A DNA stretch of 64,000 nucleotides, from assembly GCA_964636125.1 (NCBI GenBank), contig CAZWPX010000021.1, forward strand, positions 14,045 to 78,044, read 5' to 3'. The position numbers were made by a program, and so were the translations under genes. The stretch comes from an uncultured Desulfobacterales bacterium (lineage in GTDB: Bacteria; Desulfobacterota; Desulfobacteria; Desulfobacterales; CAJINA01). Shown piece after piece: positions 58,077 through 64,000 of the stretch (position 1 is its first letter; each line of letters begins with the position of its first letter). The notes beneath the pieces were generated by a model that was given only the letters and a program-made list of their open reading frames with translations, did no database searches and was not told where the DNA came from.

Positions 58077-58700
58077 ATGCAGGATTTTCAAACACTTTTA
58101 GACACCTCTGCCCGAGCCCACGGGCATCTCTGCCCGGGGCAGGTTGTGGGGGTGCGCATGGCCATGCTGGGGTGCCGTTTGATTGGCCTGGATGAACCCA
58201 CCCGGCACGACCAGATCAAAAAGCTGCTGGTGTATGTAGAAATGGACCGCTGTACCGCGGATGCGCTGGCCCACGTAACCGGTGCCCGGCTGGGGCGCCG
58301 CAGTCTTAAGTTCATGGACTATGGTATTATGGCGGCTACATTTTTGAACCTCACTACCGGGGCGACTTACCGGGTTGTGTCCACAGAGGAGGCCCGATCG
58401 CTGGCCTGCAGCTATGCCCCGGAAATTGGCGGTAAGGCCCATCAGCAGGTAGAGGCTTACAAGCGCATGCCTGAGTGCGTGCTTTTCCGGGTGCAGGCAG
58501 TGTCTGTGAGGCTGGAAGAGTTTGACTTGCCGGGCCCGACCCGCAGGAAAACGATCTGCAGTCGCTGCGGGCAACTCGTGCGCGATGCGCGGGAAGTCAT
58601 CGTCGACGGGCAGGTCCTGTGCAAACCCTGTACCGATCAATCCTATTTTACCGATGCCAAAGAGGTGACCTGGCCCGATATGAACAGGGCCCCGGTTTGA
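58077..58700 (+). CDS. FmdE-family protein with a C-terminal zinc ribbon
   Basis: Motif AHGHLCPGQVVGVRMA. C-terminal CSRCGQLV ... CKPC. Confidence 0.8.
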   Translation: MQDFQTLLDTSARAHGHLCPGQVVGVRMAMLGCRLIGLDEPTRHDQIKKLLVYVEMDRCTADALAHVTGARLGRRSLKFMDYGIMAATFLNLTTGATYRVVSTEEARSLACSYAPEIGGKAHQQVEAYKRMPECVLFRVQAVSVRLEEFDLPGPTRRKTICSRCGQLVRDAREVIVDGQVLCKPCTDQSYFTDAKEVTWPDMNRAPV

Positions 58701-58764
58701 ATTAAACGGATAAAAACAAGTTCACTGTACGCATATTAACGAGCTTCTGAAAGGAGTTTGGGCT

Positions 58765-59796
58765 GTGTTAAAGAAGATAGATGTTAAAGACGCCGTGGGC
58801 ACCCCGCTGGCCCATGATATAACTGAAATACGTCCCGGGGAATTTAAGGGGGCCGCGTTTCAAAAAGGACATACGGTCTGTGACGAGGATATCTGCCACC
58901 TGCAGAAGCTGGGAAAGAACCATCTCTATCTGGTGGATCTGGAAAATGACGAAATCCATGAAAACGAAGCCGCCGCCATCCTGGCGCGCGGGCTGTCGGG
59001 TGAGGGGATTGCCTGGGAGGATGCCCCCCGGGAAGGCAAAATAGGTCTGCATGCCGCTGTTGATGGCCTGCTGCATGTGGACACAGCTGCCCTGGCTGCT
59101 TTTAATATGGTGGACGAAGTGATGTGCGCGACGGTTCACAGCCACACCCTGGTAAAAAAGGGCGAACTGGTGGCGGCCACCCGTGCGATTCCGCTGGTGA
59201 TGAAAAGAACCCCCGTGGAGCGGGCGGCCGCGATTGCCTCCGGGCAGGGTGGCCTCGTGTCCGTGCGGGCCTTGGATAAAGTCCGGGCGGGGTTGGTTAT
59301 CACTGGCAGCGAAGTGTACCAGGGGCTGATCGAAGATCGCTTCGCGCCCATTTTGAGCGCAAAGATCGAGGCCCTTGGCTCCCGGGTGTACGGGGTGGAA
59401 TTTACCCCGGATGACCCGGCGGCCATCCAGCAGGCCATAGAAACCCATCTATCCAATGGCTGCGGTCTGATTCTACTCAGCGGCGGTATGAGTGTGGACC
59501 CCGATGACGTGACCCGCAAAGGTATCCGGCAGGCGGGGGCCAAAGAGTTCTACTATGGTGCCGCCGCCTTGCCGGGGGCCATGTTCCTGGTGGCCTATGT
59601 CGGGGGGGTACCCCTGCTGGGTGTCCCCGGCTGCGGCCTGCATCACCGGACCACGGTGCTGGATTTGATCCTGCCGCGGATCCTGGCTGGTGAGCACATA
59701 GATAAACAGGCCCTGGCTTTTTTCGGGCACGGCGGGCTGTGCCGGGACTGTGATACCTGCGTTTACCCGCACTGTCCATTCGGCAAGGGGTGTTAG
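58765..59796 (+). CDS. Molybdopterin-binding (MoeA/MoCF_biosynth-like) protein with a C-terminal Cys cluster
   Basis: GTG start after AAAGGAG. MoCF-type segment RAGLVITGSEVYQG...LLSGGMSVDPDD. C-terminal CRDCDTCVYPHCPFGKGC. Pairing with FmdE is common. Confidence 0.7.
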   Translation: MLKKIDVKDAVGTPLAHDITEIRPGEFKGAAFQKGHTVCDEDICHLQKLGKNHLYLVDLENDEIHENEAAAILARGLSGEGIAWEDAPREGKIGLHAAVDGLLHVDTAALAAFNMVDEVMCATVHSHTLVKKGELVAATRAIPLVMKRTPVERAAAIASGQGGLVSVRALDKVRAGLVITGSEVYQGLIEDRFAPILSAKIEALGSRVYGVEFTPDDPAAIQQAIETHLSNGCGLILLSGGMSVDPDDVTRKGIRQAGAKEFYYGAAALPGAMFLVAYVGGVPLLGVPGCGLHHRTTVLDLILPRILAGEHIDKQALAFFGHGGLCRDCDTCVYPHCPFGKGC

Positions 59797-59861
59797 CCGG
59801 GTCGTGCAGATGCTCCGGATTATCCGGTCTTGATCTGGCCCCGGTTGCCTCCCGGAATCGA

Positions 59862-61478
59862 TTAACGTGAGTCTAAAAGTGCCAGTACCGTGGCACATTG
59901 TTTCTCGGCGCGTTCAGCCAGTTGACCGGCCTCCTGGCGGATTCTGTCGCAAAAGCCTTCATCTTCAATCTCGGCCAGGTTGATGACCACGTTGCGGTAG
60001 GCCCCCCAGATACCTGTTTCCAGGGCCCGGGCACCGACTTCGATGTCCGAGGCTGAAGCCGGGTTTCCATATTCGGCGATGGTGGCCATGGCATTCCAGG
60101 CCCTGTCTCCCAGGCGCATACTCTGCAGGGGCACGTTTACAGCGGTTTTCAACCCCGCCTGCATCTTTTCAAGGCGGGCCTGTTTTTCCCGGTCGGTCTC
60201 CTGGGGCATCCGGACACCTTCCAGGTAGTCGTTAAAAGCACAGGTGTCCGCGTCGATCATGGGAATGAGGCCCATGGCAGCTGTGTGCAGGATCGGGATA
60301 GCGCCACGCATGTGGGCGTCCACCGTTTCGAATTTACGTACCCCGTAGGTAAGTTTGGCAACCATGGCGCCCAGCCCCGCGCCCATGGCCGCCATGGCCG
60401 CGGCGGCCGAACCGCCCCCCGGTGCGGAACTGCGGGCTGCAACTGCTTCAATAAAGCCTCGCAGGCTCTTGCCGGCCAGGGGACCCTCTTTTTCTTCTGC
60501 AATCCGGTATTCAATGATCTTTTCCCTGGGATTAAAAGGCGCGGCCGCGTTCAAACCGAGACGTTCAATGGCAAGCCTTACCTTCTGGTCTTCATCTATG
60601 ATAAAAAGATTCTCTTTTTCAATATAATATTCTGCAGCCAGGAGGATGGCATCCAGCGGAACAAGCCCCACAACCTCTGATCCCGCCACGCCCACTTTGA
60701 GGAGTGCCGCCTCTTTTTTGACTTCTTCAAACAGTGTGTGGATGGGCGTAATCCTGTAGTTCGAAAGGTTAACCGTTACCTGGGCCAGGTTGTATTCATC
60801 CACGAACCAGCCCATGCCTTTGACTTCTTTCAGCCGCCCGGGTTCTGAAGCGCCGCGGCCGGCTTCTCTCAGGTTCAGGGCGATCCGGTGGGCCTGGTTG
60901 GGGGTGCCGAGAATGTTGACATTGTAGGCAATCAGAAAAAATCTCGCGCCGGTGACAGTGGCGCCCCATTCCGGTACAAATTCGGCCGGCCCGAAATCCG
61001 GTTTCCACTCCGGCTGACTCAATTTAGCAGCCAGCCCTTCATACTCGCCGTCTCGAATTTGAGGCAGTGTTTTACGATGGCTTTGACGGGCTGCTTCTTC
61101 ATAGAGGTAAAGAGGGATGCCCAGCGCATCTGCAGCCCGGAGCGCGAAGGTGCGCGCAATCTGGACGCACTCGGCCAGAGTCACGTTCGCCACAGGGATG
61201 AAAGGACACACATCCAGGGCGCCCATGCGCGGATGTTCGCCGGTGTGTCGGCGCATGTCGATCCGTTCACGGGCCACAGCGGCCGCGTTCAGCGCCCCTT
61301 CAATAACAGCTTCAGGTGACCCCACGAATGTATAAACCGTGCGGTTGGTTGATTGACCCGGGTCCACATCCAAAAGGGCACAGCCGGGTGTGGTGCGAAT
61401 TGCTTCTGAAATGGCGGCGATGACGTCCGGGTTTCTGCCTTCTGAGAAATTGGGAACACATTCAATAATTTTCTTCAT
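59862..61478 (-). CDS. ftcD: Fused glutamate formimidoyltransferase / formimidoyl-THF cyclodeaminase
   Basis: The start MKKIIECVPNFSEGRN is the transferase N-terminal hallmark and follows AGGTGG. The C-terminal cyclodeaminase-like region contains SAPGGGSAAAAMAAMGAGL. Confidence 0.85.
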   Translation of the reverse strand: MKKIIECVPNFSEGRNPDVIAAISEAIRTTPGCALLDVDPGQSTNRTVYTFVGSPEAVIEGALNAAAVARERIDMRRHTGEHPRMGALDVCPFIPVANVTLAECVQIARTFALRAADALGIPLYLYEEAARQSHRKTLPQIRDGEYEGLAAKLSQPEWKPDFGPAEFVPEWGATVTGARFFLIAYNVNILGTPNQAHRIALNLREAGRGASEPGRLKEVKGMGWFVDEYNLAQVTVNLSNYRITPIHTLFEEVKKEAALLKVGVAGSEVVGLVPLDAILLAAEYYIEKENLFIIDEDQKVRLAIERLGLNAAAPFNPREKIIEYRIAEEKEGPLAGKSLRGFIEAVAARSSAPGGGSAAAAMAAMGAGLGAMVAKLTYGVRKFETVDAHMRGAIPILHTAAMGLIPMIDADTCAFNDYLEGVRMPQETDREKQARLEKMQAGLKTAVNVPLQSMRLGDRAWNAMATIAEYGNPASASDIEVGARALETGIWGAYRNVVINLAEIEDEGFCDRIRQEAGQLAERAEKQCATVLALLDSR

Positions 61479-61792
61479 GGGATATAACCACCTGTAAAAT
61501 TTAAAAAATAAGTTGCTTTTCAGTGGAAGAATATGCATGAAAAAGGACCTGGTGTCAATTTATTTTCGGCTGGATAGACGTGGCACTAAAAGCGCTGGCG
61601 GAGGGATTTGGCTTTGCCGGGGAGGGTTGTATCCGCACCTGATCTTGATGCCATGACCTGTGGGCGTGGAGTTTGCCGCAAGAGTGAAAAGGCTGCTGAA
61701 CGATCGAATTGTTCAGCAGCCCGGGGGAAGCCCACAAAATGCGGGCGGATGGCTTATGATGTGTTGAACGCCTTTGGTCTCACCCACAAGAC

Positions 61793-63058
61793 TCAGGCGG
61801 CCCGTTTCTGATTTTTCTGACGCAGCCGTTTGATGGCCATACTGAGACTGGTCTGCATCAGCCCAATGGCACCGGCCAGCTGGCCGATCTCGTCTTTTGA
61901 TTTGATATCGAACTCGATATCCAATTCGCCCATGCTCATCCGTGTGGTGATACCGGTCAATTCGCGGATGGGTTTAACCAGCGTGCGGGCCAGCAGAAAG
62001 GAGATAAGCACAATCAATACCAGGGTCATCAGCAGAAGATACACGGCAATGGTTTCACTGCGTTTGTGGGCGGCAAAGACTTCATCTTCAGACTGCTGGA
62101 TGGCCAGGGTCCACCCCATCTTGTTGGTCTTGGCATAGCCCTGCTGGGTAACGCCCTGGGTGTCGGTAAATGAAAACGAGTGCTGGCCGGGATTGCTCTT
62201 GACCGCCGCGATCAGCGGGTTGCTGCTGAAGTTGACCTGGGCGGTTACATATTTGTGCACCTGGTGGGCCACGACCTTGCCGGTTTCATCCACGAGGAAA
62301 GCGTAGCCGGTCTCTCCTTTTTTCCAGTTGGCCACCTGTTTCGAGATGGCGTCGGTGGTCATGGCCGCTGCCAGAACACCGACTGTTTCCGTCCCCTTTT
62401 TTATCGGTACCGCCAGTACCAGGGCGGGCTTCTTGGAGGTCTTGCCGATAAGGGTCTGCCAGGCCAGAGCATTGCCACCGGCCACACCCTTATAGTACTG
62501 CCGGTCAGAGTAATCTTTGAGTTTTTTGCCGTCGTTGCGTGCCACATTTATGCCGTGGGCATCCAGCGTAAAGGCCAGGTAAATATAGGGATACTCGGCA
62601 TGGATTGCTTTCAGTACTGCTTCCTGCTTCGCGGTATCCATGGAAGTGACATCGGCAAGCTGAGCGGCGACTTTGAGCATGCTGACGTTTTTGTCGATCC
62701 ATTCATCCACATGGCGTCCCAGGCCGCTGGCTGTCTGAGCCATGAGCAGTTCAGTATCGGTGCGAATTCTTTCCCGGGTCTCTTTGAAGGTTATTCCCAA
62801 AAAGAGGCCAAAGGGGACAATACTGACCACCAGCATGGCCAGAATGACCTTGTACAGGAGCCCGAAGCGGACTTTCCCGGAGCCCTTGGCTGCCGGGATT
62901 TCCAGGGGCTGGTGAATTCGGACAGGCTGGCTGCTGCCGGGCCTGTTCACGACAATCGTTTCGCCGCAGGTCTTGCAGATAAAACCGGTCCTGTCTTCGG
63001 TAAGTTTCGATTCATCAATGTTGTATTGCTTTTCGCATTTTCCACAAAGTATTTTCAC
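61793..63058 (-). CDS. Membrane sensor with an N-terminal MJ0042-type zinc ribbon, a periplasmic Cache-like domain and a HAMP domain; no output domain
   Basis: GTG start after AAGGAG. Zinc ribbon VKILCGKCEKQYNI...FICKTCGETIVV. Two TM helices flank a Cache-like region (YIYLAFTLDAHG... DYSDRQYYKGV ... GYAFLVDETGKVVAH). HAMP motif RTLVKPIRELTGITTRMSMGELD...KDEIGQLAGAI. A stop follows about 25 aa later. Confidence 0.8.
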   Translation of the reverse strand: MKILCGKCEKQYNIDESKLTEDRTGFICKTCGETIVVNRPGSSQPVRIHQPLEIPAAKGSGKVRFGLLYKVILAMLVVSIVPFGLFLGITFKETRERIRTDTELLMAQTASGLGRHVDEWIDKNVSMLKVAAQLADVTSMDTAKQEAVLKAIHAEYPYIYLAFTLDAHGINVARNDGKKLKDYSDRQYYKGVAGGNALAWQTLIGKTSKKPALVLAVPIKKGTETVGVLAAAMTTDAISKQVANWKKGETGYAFLVDETGKVVAHQVHKYVTAQVNFSSNPLIAAVKSNPGQHSFSFTDTQGVTQQGYAKTNKMGWTLAIQQSEDEVFAAHKRSETIAVYLLLMTLVLIVLISFLLARTLVKPIRELTGITTRMSMGELDIEFDIKSKDEIGQLAGAIGLMQTSLSMAIKRLRQKNQKRAA

Positions 63059-63142
63059 AGTGTCTCCTTTTTTAATGATGGCGCCCTGCAGACCGGATCG
63101 CCACAAAGATGCGCGACCCGGATAGCGTGTCCACACGGCTGC

Positions 63143-63607
63143 CTATGCTTTTGAAATCAGGTTGATCATTGCCTGTTTAAACTGGTAGCGGGCCTCTTCG
63201 TCCGCAATTTCCTGGGAAAGCGTGGTGATGATATCCGCCGCCTGGCTCACGGGCAGATCATTCGCACTGTACCCGGTTGCATTGATGACATCCTGGACAA
63301 TAAACTCACCGAAGGGCCCGACGGCCTTGACCATGTTTGCCTTAAGCCCCCTGGAAAAGGGTTCACCGATCGCAGGCGCTTTGCGGGCGGCCGTTTCCAC
63401 AAGTCCCAGGCGCACTAATTTGACCACACTCTTTTTGAGCTGGTCCTGCGCGATTCCAGCTTTCCGGGCTACCTGGGAAAGCGGCAGGCGCGCGTCGATG
63501 GCCAGCAAAAGCTTCAGCATATCCGAGTCCATGGATACTTTGCCGATGTCACCGGACGCACTCTTTTTAAAGTGGGTATCTAATAGTTTTTTAAACTTAG
63601 AGTCCAT
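63143..63607 (-). CDS. Hypothetical protein (154 aa) with a possible winged-helix segment
   Basis: Start MDSKFKKLL. The segment LPLSQVARKAGIAQDQLKKSVVKLVRLGLVE is HTH-like. The gene lies immediately upstream of the Cache-HAMP gene. Confidence 0.45.
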   Translation of the reverse strand: MDSKFKKLLDTHFKKSASGDIGKVSMDSDMLKLLLAIDARLPLSQVARKAGIAQDQLKKSVVKLVRLGLVETAARKAPAIGEPFSRGLKANMVKAVGPFGEFIVQDVINATGYSANDLPVSQAADIITTLSQEIADEEARYQFKQAMINLISKA

Positions 63608-64000
63608 TTGGCACCCTGTTTGGTTTAATAGTTTGGTAAAATATATACATATATCCATTTCGCTCTGAGCAAATTTCATACCACTTTTTAAAGACCCTGC
63701 GGCGGGTGTGGAAACGATTGTTATCAGGAGATTTATTTGGTGTTCAATCCGGTTCAGGCAATGACGAGCCGGATGTTGGCTTTCGAAACGGCTGAAATTC
63801 ACCGGTAGACGGTGAATTTTGGCCACTTTCCTGCTGTTTTCAATCAGCGTTCAAATGTGTAATCGGACCTTCTATTGCGGCCCATATTTTTACCGGCCTT
63901 GAACCCACCCGGCAGCGGGTATTTTTCAAGGGCCGCGCGGCATAGGTGGCATGTCTCTTGCTCATAAAACACACTTGGCGTTCACTTTAAACCCGCAGGG

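Noticed and set aside
63609-63624. A sigma-54-like element, TGGCAC-N5-TTGG
   Set aside because: The -12 element is imperfect (TTGG, not TTGC). The site overlaps the start codon region of a - strand gene and points toward no + strand gene.

Overview
This is a bacterial chromosomal window. It probably comes from an anaerobic Desulfobacterota-like (deltaproteobacterial) genome; I infer that from the multihaem cytochromes, the NrfD and HdrC-type modules and the MJ0042-type zinc ribbon, and have not verified it.

The window splits into two parts.

(1) About 1-30 kb is accessory and compositionally mosaic.
- It holds the right-hand part of an integrative element with a CHC2/Toprim primase, a TGACCAC heptamer array and a small-terminase-like HTH protein.
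- The element ends at a displaced 44-nt 3' fragment of tRNA-Phe (8907-8950), which abuts a truncated and frameshifted tyrosine recombinase.
- Around this lies a run of very large secreted multidomain proteins: an EAR/EPTP-like 7-blade propeller + LamG + TSP3 protein, a LamG + TSP3 + heptad coiled-coil protein, a 1751-aa S8 protease, an S41/PDZ protease, a 4x PPC + Ig-like protein, a GWIxF-repeat protein and two DUF1566 proteins.
- Four of these proteins share a dockerin-like Ca-loop/helix module.
- Several gene remnants are interspersed.

(2) About 30-64 kb looks like core genome.
- It contains an ABC1/UbiB kinase, small Zn-ribbon proteins, a cNMP-binding protein, a hotdog thioesterase, a GT2 glycosyltransferase, a GAF hybrid histidine kinase and recC-recB-recD.
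- It has a tandem HdrC-like Fe-S protein and a non-canonical periplasmic nitrate reductase operon: napD, napA, duplicated NapB, a tetrahaem cytochrome, an NrfC-like and an NrfD-like subunit. I saw no napC or napGH in this window.
- It also has Mo-related genes (ModE-like, FmdE, MoeA-like), a fused formimidoyltransferase-cyclodeaminase and a Cache-HAMP sensor with no output domain.

The most interesting items are:
- the dockerin-like module shared by secreted proteases and adhesins with no visible partner;
- the TSPEAR/LGI-like domain set in a bacterium;
- the NrfBCD-style wiring of Nap;
- an identical 17-bp perfect palindrome upstream of two unrelated operons.

All domain calls come from reading motifs by eye. 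No database search was run.
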